DNA of 64,000 bases from Candidatus Poribacteria bacterium (GCA_965242965.1 OZ251518.1:1312001-1376000), one strand, 5' to 3'; numbered from the stretch's first letter, positions 49,636-59,840 are shown. Made by a program: numbers and translations. The notes: generated from the sequence alone by a model not told the origin.

Positions 49636-51060
49636 CTATTCCATAAACGTCTCGATCTTCTCCAGAAGGGAGGGGAGTTCTGTGAGCACCGCTTCCACAA
49701 CCCCATCGGCCGTTAACACTATCGTGATGAGGCCTTCCACGTCGCGATTCAGGTGCGCGCGGAGTTGGGACGCTTTATCCACCCAGACCGGCAGCCGAGA
49801 GAGGTGGTGTTCCTTTTGGAAGGCCTCAATCGCCTGCACGGAAGTCTCACCGGTGTGAACAGCAACCGCCTGCACGCGCGCAGCATCCACGTCCGAGAGC
49901 GTCTCTTCAAGTCGTTGCAAGGCTGTCCCGCACGCGGCGTTGTCCGTGGTAAAGAGGTTCAGGAGCACCACTTGCCCGCGGAAAGATGCTAATGTGACAG
50001 GTTTCCCTGAAAGAGCGGTGAGTGCCAGCTCGGGCAGCGGTTCACCTATCAGCGGGGATGTCTCCGGCGGCTGTGGTGCCGGCGGCAGCAATGGTGCTAA
50101 CTTCTGGAGGATTTCTTTGCCAGCGGGTGACTTCAAAAACTCTTCGCCGAGTTGCGATTTGAGTTGCTCATATATGTCGCCGGAACCGTCCAATTGCAGC
50201 TGGAGGTTCATCCGATTGAGCGTATAGATGCCCCGCTGCGGGCCATTTCGATAGAGTTTGCCACTGACGCTGAGATTGAGCTGATGGTGTTGACAGCGGA
50301 CGAGCGGCACCATGTTCCCTTCCCGCGCCAAGAGGCTTTCCAGCCCGGCTTTTTCCGTAGGACGCGCTTCATAGAGATAACTACATGGCAGTGTCGGATC
50401 CGCCGCACCGTCGGTTAAAACCCCAGGGTTCCCCGCCGTCACATCCGCCGGACAAAGCAGTGCTTTCTTGTCCAGATAGTCGGGCGACAACACCGACAGC
50501 CACTCACACCACGCCGGGTTTCCCTCGGCACGCTGATAGGCCGCAAGGGCGGCGTTGATTTGCCGCAGATTCTCGCGGCAGTCCTCAATGCTTTTCTCTG
50601 CTGCCTCGCGAGGTTGCGCGTCGGGCGCGGCCACCTCCTGCGGATAAGCAGCGGCCAAGAGGCGGCGATTCAGACGAATGAGAGCGTCGCCGCGCTGCGG
50701 CTTTTTCTCAAGGAGAGCTCGTGTCTGTTCGCTGAGTTCAATCTCGGCGAACTGTTCGGCCTCGTAGAGCGTCGCGGTTTGGATGAGTCGATTCACATCC
50801 GTGAGGAGTGCGTTCTGCAAGGCAGGCGATGGGGTGCTGATACCATCGTATTCCTCCAACAGCCGCTGTGTTTCCACGGACAACTTCGCCGCGAGAGCGG
50901 CAGAGAAGGCGGCGCGCGTATCTTGGAGTTTCACCGCCAAACTGCCCGGGTCGGTCAGTGCATCCATTTGTAACAGGAGAGAATGCTCGGCACCATGGAT
51001 TGCAGGGGACAGATTTATTGTCATGAGCACACCGAGCGTGAGCAGCAAGCAGCCCGTCAA
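49636..51060 (-). CDS. Exported protein with C-terminal redoxin/TlpA-like domain (degenerate CxxC); true start possibly 51284 across a G8 tract
   Basis: GEPLPEL..GKPVTLASFRGQVVLLNLF; TTG start without an evident RBS. Confidence 0.65.
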   Translation of the reverse strand: MTGCLLLTLGVLMTINLSPAIHGAEHSLLLQMDALTDPGSLAVKLQDTRAAFSAALAAKLSVETQRLLEEYDGISTPSPALQNALLTDVNRLIQTATLYEAEQFAEIELSEQTRALLEKKPQRGDALIRLNRRLLAAAYPQEVAAPDAQPREAAEKSIEDCRENLRQINAALAAYQRAEGNPAWCEWLSVLSPDYLDKKALLCPADVTAGNPGVLTDGAADPTLPCSYLYEARPTEKAGLESLLAREGNMVPLVRCQHHQLNLSVSGKLYRNGPQRGIYTLNRMNLQLQLDGSGDIYEQLKSQLGEEFLKSPAGKEILQKLAPLLPPAPQPPETSPLIGEPLPELALTALSGKPVTLASFRGQVVLLNLFTTDNAACGTALQRLEETLSDVDAARVQAVAVHTGETSVQAIEAFQKEHHLSRLPVWVDKASQLRAHLNRDVEGLITIVLTADGVVEAVLTELPSLLEKIETFME

Positions 51061-51343
51061 AACGTGCCGGACTGTGGTGGTGTTTCGTCCCGTGCCGCCG
51101 TGCGCCGGTATCCTGCAACGCGTAGCGGTTAACGGGCGTAGATGAAGGGGGGGGTCAGGTTGGAAATGTCACCGGATAGCGCAAGCGCGCGGAAAACCTG
51201 CAGCGGGTGCTGCAATAACGCGGTGACGGTAGGTTTCAGGCGGACAGCAATGCCCGCGAAAAGGAAAGAGAATAGGATTCTCATTTGCTTTGTCCCCTTT
51301 AAATTGATGTGAAAAATGAAGTCGAACATTAAACGTTGTATTA

Positions 51344-51371
51344 ATTATACTATTTTTATGCTTTTTGTCAA
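51344..51371 (-). promoter_or_regulatory. Consensus sigma70 promoter
   Basis: TTGACA (51371-51366), 16 bp, TATAAT (51349-51344). Confidence 0.7.
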
Positions 51372-51385
51372 ATTAAAATTGCAAG

Positions 51386-52174
51386 CAGGATTTACACGAT
51401 TTTCAGGATTAGCAAGAGATGAGCAGGATTTACACGATTTACACGATTAGGAGCAGGATTTACAGGATTTACAAGATTAGCAAGAGACTGTAGTTCGGGA
51501 TCGCCTGATCCCGAACGAGTCAAGCGCGCGGCCGCCTCCCCAACCGGAGCGCGGGGGCCCTCGCATGCCACACGCGCATGCGAGAGGGTTTCCCCCGCGA
51601 GCGTTCACGTGAAAAAACCTCTTCAGGTCCTTTAGGTCCTGCATGTCTATAGCACCGTCGGACATGAAAAAGGCTAAGGTCCTTTAGGTCCTTAATTTGC
51701 AGCAGGTGCATCGCCGCAGAAAACATTAAGGACCTAAAGGACCTTGAGGGGTACTGCATCGGCGCATGCTATAGACATTAAGGTCCTACGGACCTTGAGG
51801 AGAACCTTCCTGGCCCGTAGCGCGGGGGCCTGTCCCCCGCGAGCGTAAGACCCGCGCGAAAAACGCACGCAGACCAACGCCGGTTCCCGTTCCGATCGAG
51901 GCACGGCGAGGGACAGGCCCTCGCCCTACGGGGAAACGGAGACTGCCTCCCCAACCGGAGCGCGGGGGCCCTCGCCTGCCACACGCGCAGGCGAGCGGGT
52001 TTCCCCCGTGATCGTAAGACCCGCGCAAAAAACGCACGCAGCCCCAGACCGGTTCCCTCCCGATCGAGGCACGGCGAGGGACAGGCCCTCGCCCTAGGGT
52101 GAAACGGAGACTGCCTCCCCAACCGGAGCGCGGGGGCATGTCCCGCGACGTTGAACGATTTATGGAACACCCTC
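51386..52174. repeat. 9-mer (CAGGATTTA-like) tandem run plus composite REP array
   Basis: 51386-51485 CA(G/C)GATTTA-type repeats; ATAG module about 51622-51800; end gatttatggaacaccctc overlaps the stop of the next gene. Confidence 0.85.
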
Positions 52175-52894
52175 CTTTAAACTTCCCCACGTTGTCGCGA
52201 TGTTTGCGCGAGGCGTTACCGAAAGCCCACCCTTGTCCGGGATACCCTCGCCGGTGATGGTGACGTTATCAAAACGCGCCGTATGATTGGAGAGCCCTAT
52301 CCCGCATCCCCCACGCGAAAAGTCGGGGAATGCGGCGAGTTCCGGCGCATTTTCAAGTTCAGGCAGTTTTCCAACTAGCACTTGTTTCCCGTTAATCCAG
52401 AACGTGAAGTGAGCACCCTGAACGCTCAACTTCAGTTGCGCCCATTTTTTCACTCGCAAGAGCGGGTGGAGTTCGCTGCCCAAGAGAAGAGCCTGATCCT
52501 CGTGCAAATTGCCGCCAAAACAGGTGGCCCTGGATTGAGGGACGGGCGCGGGAAATGCCAAGTCACCAATAACACACCAGAGTGCCCAAGTGCCTTCAAT
52601 GCGCGCGGCAATTGCAAGGTTCCCGGGGCCGTGTTTTTCAAGCGGCTTAACCTCAAAGACGATGACGTAATCTTTCCACGTTTCATCGCCGAGCGTCAGT
52701 AAACGCGTGAACCCGCCATGACTTATCGCCTGAAGTTCATTATCGATAATGTCCCACGAACCGGGGTTATCATTATGCTGGATAATTTCTTTCCAGGCAC
52801 CTAGTTCTCCATCATCAAAGGTTTCCGTGTACGTCCCTGCCCCGGCAGAGAGTGTTGTAAGAAACAGGAATCCCACAACGATTGCAAATTTCAT
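52160..52894 (-). CDS. Exported DUF1080 / concanavalin-like protein with TTWGSLK tail
   Basis: RBS GGAGG, signal peptide MKFAIVVG, TFDDG, WKDY, FWING, FDNVTITG; ends VTPRANIATTWGSLKEGVP. Confidence 0.78.
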   Translation of the reverse strand: MKFAIVVGFLFLTTLSAGAGTYTETFDDGELGAWKEIIQHNDNPGSWDIIDNELQAISHGGFTRLLTLGDETWKDYVIVFEVKPLEKHGPGNLAIAARIEGTWALWCVIGDLAFPAPVPQSRATCFGGNLHEDQALLLGSELHPLLRVKKWAQLKLSVQGAHFTFWINGKQVLVGKLPELENAPELAAFPDFSRGGCGIGLSNHTARFDNVTITGEGIPDKGGLSVTPRANIATTWGSLKEGVP

Positions 52895-53760
52895 CAGAGA
52901 CCTCCTTTGGTTTCCACACAAAGTCAAAGTGGACCGGATCAAACCACGCCCCGGGGCTATTCCAAATCCCGATATGCGTGAGTTGTTCCGTTTCTCCACC
53001 GTTCAATGCAACTTTGAAAATTTGAGCAGACCAGGGCGCATTGCCATCATGCTGCTGATAGTAGTTGTCTGCCTCGGCTGCCAAGGGTGTGCTATCCAAG
53101 AGCCTCTCATAATTAAAAATGTGAGCAGGATTATCACGATTATCAGGATTAGCAAGATTAGGAGCAGGAGACCGTAGTTCGGAATCGCCTGATCCCGAAC
53201 GGATGCATGGCGAGGAGAACCCCTTTCCGGGCCCGTAGCGCGGGGGCCTGTCCCCCGCGATCGTTCGATCTACGCGAAAAACGCACGCAGACAAACGCCG
53301 TTTCCCTCCCGATCGAGGCACGGCGAGGGACAGGCCCTCGCCCTACGGTGAAACGGAGACAGCCTTGCAAACTGTAGCGCGGGGGCCTGTCCCCCGCGAT
53401 CGCAAGACCCGCGCGAAAAACGCACGCCAACCAACGCCGTTTCCCATTCCGATCGAAGCATGGCGAGGGACAGGCCCTCGCCCTACGGTGATGACGCTAT
53501 AATCTTGCTAATCGTGATAATCTTGAAAATCCTGATCATATCTTGCTCTTATCCTGCGCCAGACAAAAAAAGCCAAACTTATATAGGCGGCTTTGCGTTA
53601 GAATTTATACTTTAGATAAATCTCGCGATTCCCATCGCGATTCGCACTAAAAACGATTTTGGCCGTCGCAGGCACTGCCATCACTTGATAAACTGATAAA
53701 CGCTAAAGGCCCCACGCCGCCGCTTAACATGCAAACAAAAGCAAGCTATCTCAGTTTCAT
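52890..53760 (-). pseudogene. Disrupted TolB-like paralog
   Basis: 5' part ATG AAA CTG AGA TAG then [22 protein letters not shown] (about 53612-53680); 3' part QIFKVALNGGETEQLTH..WFDP (about 52930-53030); middle occupied by repeats. Confidence 0.75.
53120..53557. repeat. REP array bounded by inverted 9-mer runs
   Basis: CAGGATTATCACGATTATCAGGATTAGCAAGATT at left; AATCTTGCTAATCGTGATAATCTTGAAAATCCTG at right. Confidence 0.8.
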
Positions 53761-53810
53761 CAGACGCGTCTCCTGCAGTCACTGAGCCACTCGCCGCCTT
53801 GGCGTAACAG

Positions 53811-54809
53811 TCAAGGCGATGTGGCTTTGAGGGCACCCCACTGCGTGGTTAACAGATGCGGTTGCGGCGATACCGGCAACGCATACGCCGGATCGAACCA
53901 CGACGCATCATGATTCCGCCCGAGGCCCGTGAGCTGCCGCGGGGCATCGCGCGCTAGAACACGTTTAAAAATTTGAACATCTTCAAAATTGAAGGGATCT
54001 TTCACTTTTTGCTGATAAAGAAGGGCATCACCGCGCGGGGACCAAACCGGCTTCGTTGCTGCTGCCCCCTTGCCGCCCACCACATGCTTCACCTCCGTCC
54101 CATCCCGATTTACGATATAAATCGCCCACAGATGACGCACATCCAGCAGGCCCATCGGATGCATCGGCAGTTTGATACCCGCAAACGCGAGCCGGTCTCC
54201 ATCCGGCGACCAGGCGGCATTTTGCATCACAAACCTCAACTGTGGCAGCAGCACGTCTACGTGGCGCGTCGGGACGTGGAGTTGCCGGATTCTACCCAGT
54301 TTCCAACTATCAAAGGCTATCTCGGTGCCATCCGGCGACCAGGTGGATCCGACGCGCTGAAAATCGATAGGCGCAAGGGATGTCTCCTCGTGCCCATCGG
54401 GGGTAGCGATGTTCAACGTCGCCGCGGCGGGGCGCGTGAAAACAATCCACCGGCCATCGGGAGACCAGCCCGGGTCTTCCCGCTGCGTTTTCTCCTCGAA
54501 CACGCGGCGAACATGCCCACCGTCAGCATCCATCAGATAGAGATCGCGGAGGCCATCGCGGTCGGACACAAACAGAATGTGTTCACCTGTCGGCGACCAG
54601 GCCGGATCGAAATCGTCGGCGGGGTGCGCGGTGAGATTGGTTTCGTCACTCCCATCGGGCTCCATGACATAGATGTCCCGTTGGTCCAGCCGCGAGGAAG
54701 TGAAGACGATTAGGGCAGTTTCGGGGGCTTTGGCCAACACCGCGTCCGGCAGACCTACACCGAGTGTTAAAGTCATCCCCAAAACGAGGATGAGGTATAT
54801 CGATTTCAT
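53811..54809 (-). CDS. TolB-like (PD40) beta-propeller, exported, TTQWGALK tail
   Basis: Signal peptide; repeated PxWSPxG; ends PVSPQPHLLTTQWGALK; ATG 54809 with RBS GAGGAG. Confidence 0.9.
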   Translation of the reverse strand: MKSIYLILVLGMTLTLGVGLPDAVLAKAPETALIVFTSSRLDQRDIYVMEPDGSDETNLTAHPADDFDPAWSPTGEHILFVSDRDGLRDLYLMDADGGHVRRVFEEKTQREDPGWSPDGRWIVFTRPAAATLNIATPDGHEETSLAPIDFQRVGSTWSPDGTEIAFDSWKLGRIRQLHVPTRHVDVLLPQLRFVMQNAAWSPDGDRLAFAGIKLPMHPMGLLDVRHLWAIYIVNRDGTEVKHVVGGKGAAATKPVWSPRGDALLYQQKVKDPFNFEDVQIFKRVLARDAPRQLTGLGRNHDASWFDPAYALPVSPQPHLLTTQWGALKATSP

Positions 54810-54914
54810 GAAACATATCTCCTCTACTGCAGCCGGCGAGGCCGCACAGCTCTTGAAAGAAATTATACCACACCTCGCACAAAAACGGCGCACAAAAATG
54901 TCAAGTGTTTTTCG

Positions 54915-55919
54915 TTACCGCACTTTGGCTTTGAGGGCACCCCACTGCGTGGTGAGCACAGCCGACTTGGGCTCCACCGGCAGCGTCGCCGGATCAAACC
55001 ACGCCGCCAATGTATTCGCCTGATACGTATCAAAGGCCACAGCCTGCGTGAGTTGTGTCGGCACCCGATGAACCACATCTATTTTGAAGAGTTGCAGTTG
55101 CCCCCCAATTTCTTGCTGATACAGCAGCGCATCACCCCGCGGGGACCAGACCGGATGAGCCGCTTTCGGACCCGCCTCGGGGACTACTAACTCTATCCCT
55201 GTCCCATCTCGATGCGCAATGTAGATTGTCTGCCGGTCAAAAAAGCCTACCGGCAATTTGCCACCCCGCAGCGGATGGGGAAACCAAGCAAACGCCACGC
55301 GGTCAGCGGTAGGTGACCAGGCAGGTTGCCACTGCCACGGGGGCAGCGGCGGCGGCAAGAGCAGCTGCACCACACGGGTGCGGCGGTTCAGAAGCCCGAT
55401 GCGGTTGTGGCCCGGCAAGCCCACCATAAACGCAATCGTTGTCCCATCGGGAGACCAGGCAGGACTTTGGCCCTTGGCGAGGCGTTCCTCCTGTGTGCCA
55501 GCAATTGTGGCGACATAGATGAACCACTCACTGCCTTCATAGCGTTGATAAGCAATCTGTTTGCCATCGGGTGCCCAGGTGGCATTGGTGCGATGCGCCA
55601 CCTTGCGGAACACTCGGCGCACATGCGCCCCATCGGCATCCATCACATATAAGTCACGGACTCGGACGCGATCGGAAGTGAACAGCAGCTGCGCACCAGT
55701 GGGAGACCAGGCTGGAAACAGGTCATCGGCGCGATGCCGGGTGAGGTTCACCTGGCCACTCCCATCCGGGTTCATCAGGTAAATCTCGCGATTCCCATCG
55801 CGCGCTGAGGTAAACGCGATTTTCCCCGTCGCGGGCGCACGTGTGAATCCCGGTCTCAGACTCAACAACCACAACACCACGACGAGCAACAGAAAAGGAC
55901 ATAACTGCAACTGTTTCAT
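54915..55919 (-). CDS. TolB-like (PD40) beta-propeller, exported, TTQWGALK tail
   Basis: [15 protein letters not shown], PAWSPxG repeats; ATG coincides with a repeat end. Confidence 0.9.
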   Translation of the reverse strand: MKQLQLCPFLLLVVVLWLLSLRPGFTRAPATGKIAFTSARDGNREIYLMNPDGSGQVNLTRHRADDLFPAWSPTGAQLLFTSDRVRVRDLYVMDADGAHVRRVFRKVAHRTNATWAPDGKQIAYQRYEGSEWFIYVATIAGTQEERLAKGQSPAWSPDGTTIAFMVGLPGHNRIGLLNRRTRVVQLLLPPPLPPWQWQPAWSPTADRVAFAWFPHPLRGGKLPVGFFDRQTIYIAHRDGTGIELVVPEAGPKAAHPVWSPRGDALLYQQEIGGQLQLFKIDVVHRVPTQLTQAVAFDTYQANTLAAWFDPATLPVEPKSAVLTTQWGALKAKVR

Positions 55920-56605
55920 AAATCGCCCAACGTCGCGGGGGACAGGCCCCCGCGCTACGGTGAAAAAAACGCCATCCCTTCACGTAGGGTAAGGGACAGG
56001 CCCTCGCCCTACGGTGAAACGGGGCCGTTCTTCCAAGAAAATGTCCCGTTACCGTAGCGCGGGGGCCTGTCCCCCGCGAGGCTGCGATAGACCCAGGCAC
56101 GGCGAGGGACAGGCCCTCGCCCTACGGTGAGGGGGAAGCGTTCTTCGGCTCAGAAACTCTCCGGTTACCGTAGCGCGGGGGCCTGTCCCCCGCGAGCGTC
56201 CCGTAGGAGAGCCCTCCCGGTCTCGATGCAATACCATATCGGGACAAGGATGTCCCGCCTACCGGGAAAACATCAAGACACCCAATTACGGTGAGGGGCG
56301 TTCTTCGGCTCAGAAACTCTCCGGTTACCGTAGCGCGGGGGCCTGTCCCCCGCGAGCGTCCTGTAGGAGAGACCTCCCGGTCTCGATGCAATACCGTATC
56401 GGGACAGGGATGTCCCGCCTACCGGGAAAACATCAAGACACCCAATGTCGTTTGTAAGCGTCTGAGCACAACCAGGGCAAACGCAGGTGCTCCTTACCTA
56501 TAGGCAGGGCGTACCCGAATAGGTCAAGATGGGCACGCCTTACCTCATCGAGACCGGGAAATCTCTCCTACCTGAAGAAATCGAGACCAGGAGGTCTCTC
56601 CTACG
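55912..56605. repeat. Composite REP-like array
   Basis: Truncated TGTTTCATAAATCG end; internal duplication of about 150 bp; similar to 57790-58050. Confidence 0.85.
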
Positions 56606-56644
56606 AGGTCTCATCACCTTGCACAAAAACGTCAAATGTTTTCG

Positions 56645-57637
56645 TCACGGCCCTTTGGCTTTGAGGGCACTCCACTGCGTGGTGAGCACATGCCGCCCCG
56701 GCGACACCGGCAACGCATACGCCGGATCGAACCAGTCCGCCAAGTCATTCGCCTGATACGAGATGCCGCCTGATGTCAGTTGGACCGGCGCGCCCCCTAC
56801 CAAAGCCTTTCTGAAGATTTGCAGGTAACCCATATCATCCTCCTGAGTATAGAGAAACTCGTCACCGCGCGGAGACCAGGCTGGATTCAGGGCCCGCGAA
56901 CCAGCCTCAGGCACCAGTTGCTGCAGCCCCGTGCCATCCTGATTGATGAGATAGATTGTCTCTGTCTCCTGAAAGTCTCTCAACGGCCGCCGGTGCAGCC
57001 AAGAAAACAGTAGCCTGTCTCCTGAAGGACACCACGCCGGTGTCCGAGCCGACGAAGGTGCCGCGCCCCGCGGCGGAAAAAATACCCGATGAGTTCGCGT
57101 GCGCACGCGGAGGAAACGGATTTGCAAGCGAAGTGGTACATCAAGACGCTGCAGGAAGGCTATCGTTGTCCCCGCCGGTGCCCAAACAGGTGCCATGCCA
57201 CTCGCAAAGCGCGTCTCCTTTTGCTGCCCAAGGGTCACGATGAAGACGAACCACGCGCCAAGTTCGCGGCGCGCATAAGCGATTTGTGTCCCATCCGGAG
57301 ACCAGGTCGGAAGGCTTCTATACGCCGACTTGCCGAAAACTTTTCGCACGTCAGTGCCGTCACTCGCCATGAGATAGAGGTCGCGGATGCCATCCCGGTC
57401 GGACACAAACAGAATGTGTTCACCCGTCGGAGACCAGACCGGCAAGAGATCATCGGCGCGATGCCGCGTGAGGTTCACCTGTTGACTGCCATCCACGTTC
57501 ATCAGGTAAATCTCGCGATTCCCATCGCGTGCCGAAGTAAACGCGATTTTCCCTGTCGCGGGCGCACGTGCCAAAACAGGGAAAACGCTCGCGATGAACA
57601 CGAGCAGACTCAAAAGACGCACACGTTGAAGTTTCAT
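56645..57637 (-). CDS. TolB-like (PD40) beta-propeller, exported, TTQWSALK tail
   Basis: Closest paralog of 54915-55919; RBS AAGGAG. Confidence 0.9.
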   Translation of the reverse strand: MKLQRVRLLSLLVFIASVFPVLARAPATGKIAFTSARDGNREIYLMNVDGSQQVNLTRHRADDLLPVWSPTGEHILFVSDRDGIRDLYLMASDGTDVRKVFGKSAYRSLPTWSPDGTQIAYARRELGAWFVFIVTLGQQKETRFASGMAPVWAPAGTTIAFLQRLDVPLRLQIRFLRVRTRTHRVFFPPRGAAPSSARTPAWCPSGDRLLFSWLHRRPLRDFQETETIYLINQDGTGLQQLVPEAGSRALNPAWSPRGDEFLYTQEDDMGYLQIFRKALVGGAPVQLTSGGISYQANDLADWFDPAYALPVSPGRHVLTTQWSALKAKGP

Positions 57638-57670
57638 GAGTTGTTCTCCTTAAAGATGAGCTATTGAACA

Positions 57671-58172
57671 GAGAGTGTTTCATAAATCGCTCAACGTCAC
57701 CCCTGTAGGTCAGGATCGCCTGATCCTGACCCGTTCGGGAGCAGGTGCTCCCGAACTACAGAGATGGGCCCGATGCCTTCTGGAAGCATGGCGAGGGACA
57801 GGCCCTCGCCCTACGGTGAAACGGGGCCGTTCTTCCAAGAAAATGTCCCGTTACCGCAGCGCGGGGGCCTGTCCCCCGCGAGGCTGCGATAGACCCAGGC
57901 ACGGCGAGGGACAGGCCCTCGCCCTACGGGGAGGGAGGGGCGTTCTTCGGCTCAGAAACTCTCCGGTTACCGCAGCGCGGGGGCCTGTCCCCCGCGAGCG
58001 TCTTGTAGGAGAGACCTCCCGGTCTCAATGCAATACCGTATCGGGACAAGGATGTCCCTTCTACTGAGGAGGCCCGGTAGGAGAGACCTCCCGGTCTCGA
58101 TGCAATACCGTATCGGGACAAGGATGTCCCTCCTACTGAGGAGACCCGGTAGGAGAGACCTCCTGGTCTTGA
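57671..58172. repeat. Composite REP-like array with left GAGAGTGTTTCATAAATCG end
   Basis: Several REP types; tandem 63-bp units at about 58006-58172. Confidence 0.85.
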
Positions 58173-58180
58173 TTATCTCC

Positions 58181-59254
58181 CTAATCCTCTTTGACGTTCC
58201 CCCACGTTGTCGTTAACGAGCGCACCGAAGGCGAAACATCGCGCGCCGTCGGGTTCAACCAATCGGGACTCATATTAGTTCCCGCGCGCGTGAGTTGCGT
58301 TGGCGCACCACCCTTCAGGTCCGTTTTGAAGAGCTGAAGGGACAGATTGGGGACCCGGGAGAAGCCTGTGTAAATCAACTCCGTGCCGCGGGGTTCCCAG
58401 GTGTGAGTAGCGAGGGCTTCATCTTCCTCCTCGGTCAGCTGCTGAAGCCCCGCTCCCTCGCGAGTCACAAGGTGGAGCGTCGTCTGCTGAAACGCGAGAA
58501 ACCCATGGTTATCTAACTGCCCATCAATGGCAGCAAAACTGAGGAGGTCACCCGCAGGAAACCAGCGCGGCGAAAATGTCCACGGCATGTCCTTGCCGAG
58601 GAGCGTTTCTTGGGTGCGCGCCTCCAAATCGAAGAGCCCCAAGGGGGTGTGTTCCATGGCCAGGCCTCCCACGATGAAGGCTATCTCGCGCCCATCAGGA
58701 GACCAGGTGGGGAGAAATCCATCCGTTAATTTTTCAACGGTGTCGCCGGTGAGTGTCGCGACGTAAATCGCGAGGTGCGGATAGGGAACGAAGCGGATAC
58801 CGAATTGGAGAACGGCCTTTTGCGCATCTCCCGATGCATAGGCAATCCGTTTGCCATCGGGGGACCAGGCGGGGTTCATGCGATAGGCGAGGGTTTCAAA
58901 CACCTTCCGGACATTTGTGCCATCGGCATCCATCAGATACAGATCGAAAACGTCCGCATCCCGATTGGAACTGAACATAATCTGCTTGCCATCGGGAGAC
59001 CAGGCGGGGTCGTAATCTTCCGCCGGATGCTGCGTTAAATTGCGCTGCCCGCTGCCATCGGGATTCATGACGTAGATTTCGGCATTGCCATCCCGCTTGG
59101 ACATAAAGGCGACTGTCGCTGTCGCCGGGGTTTGTGCCATCACAGCCAGGCTGGTACTGAGCATGAAGAACCCACAACTGACGTAACTGAAGATGAGAAG
59201 TTTGAGGGAGGCACCCTCGGCACGAATTAGGCTAGATATGTGGTTCATTATCAT
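58181..59254 (-). CDS. TolB-like (PD40) beta-propeller, exported, TTTWGNVK tail
   Basis: RDGNAEIY, PAWSPDG repeats; ends DVSPSVRSLTTTWGNVKED. Confidence 0.9.
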   Translation of the reverse strand: MIMNHISSLIRAEGASLKLLIFSYVSCGFFMLSTSLAVMAQTPATATVAFMSKRDGNAEIYVMNPDGSGQRNLTQHPAEDYDPAWSPDGKQIMFSSNRDADVFDLYLMDADGTNVRKVFETLAYRMNPAWSPDGKRIAYASGDAQKAVLQFGIRFVPYPHLAIYVATLTGDTVEKLTDGFLPTWSPDGREIAFIVGGLAMEHTPLGLFDLEARTQETLLGKDMPWTFSPRWFPAGDLLSFAAIDGQLDNHGFLAFQQTTLHLVTREGAGLQQLTEEEDEALATHTWEPRGTELIYTGFSRVPNLSLQLFKTDLKGGAPTQLTRAGTNMSPDWLNPTARDVSPSVRSLTTTWGNVKED

Positions 59255-59426
59255 GGGAATACTCCACGCGTTCGTTTTGGTTTTTGAGAGGAGTTTCGTG
59301 GTTGAAAACCTTCGCAGTTATACCACCAAACTCCGATTGCTCAAATAATAACACGTTTTGCAAAAAATGTAAAGTTTGTGGAAATCAAGGATAGGCATTT
59401 AGTTTTGCAATTTTCTTCCGGCCCCA

Positions 59427-59840
59427 CCGTAGCGCGAGGGCCTGTCCCTCGCGTGCAGCAAGCCATGCTCTGGCAACCGTAGCGCGAGGGCCTGTCCCTC
59501 GCGATCGCACTTGCGCACGGACCTGCCCCGGCAACCCCCGAAAACCGTAGCGCGAGGGCCTGTCCCTCGCGAACGTTCACCGTAACATAGACATTGCGGG
59601 GGACAGGCCCCCGCACTACGATAACAGGACGGTGCCCTTTCATACCTGCGCACGGACCTGCCCCGGCAACCCCCGAAAACCGTAGCGCGAGGGCCTGTCC
59701 CTCGCGATCGCTCAATCACCGTAGCGCGAGGGCCTGTCCCTCGCGAACGTTCACTGTAACATAGACATTGCGGGGGACAGGCCCCCGCACTACGGTAAGA
59801 AGGCGGTGGCCTTGCGGGGGACAGGCCCCCGCACTACGGG
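59427..59840. repeat. Tandem GTAG REP array
   Basis: CCGTAGCGCGAGGGCCTGTCCCTCGCG x5 plus inverted TGCGGGGGACAGGCCCCCGCACTACG x3. Confidence 0.85.

Noticed and set aside
53811-59254. Calling these genes tolB of a Tol-Pal system
   Set aside because: They lack the TolB N-terminal domain and no tolQRA/pal genes are nearby
1296-59719. Many short ORFs with MARDRPSPY / RARACPSP / IETGRSLL / KDLKDL peptides
   Set aside because: Translations of intergenic REP arrays, with no RBS or protein-family features
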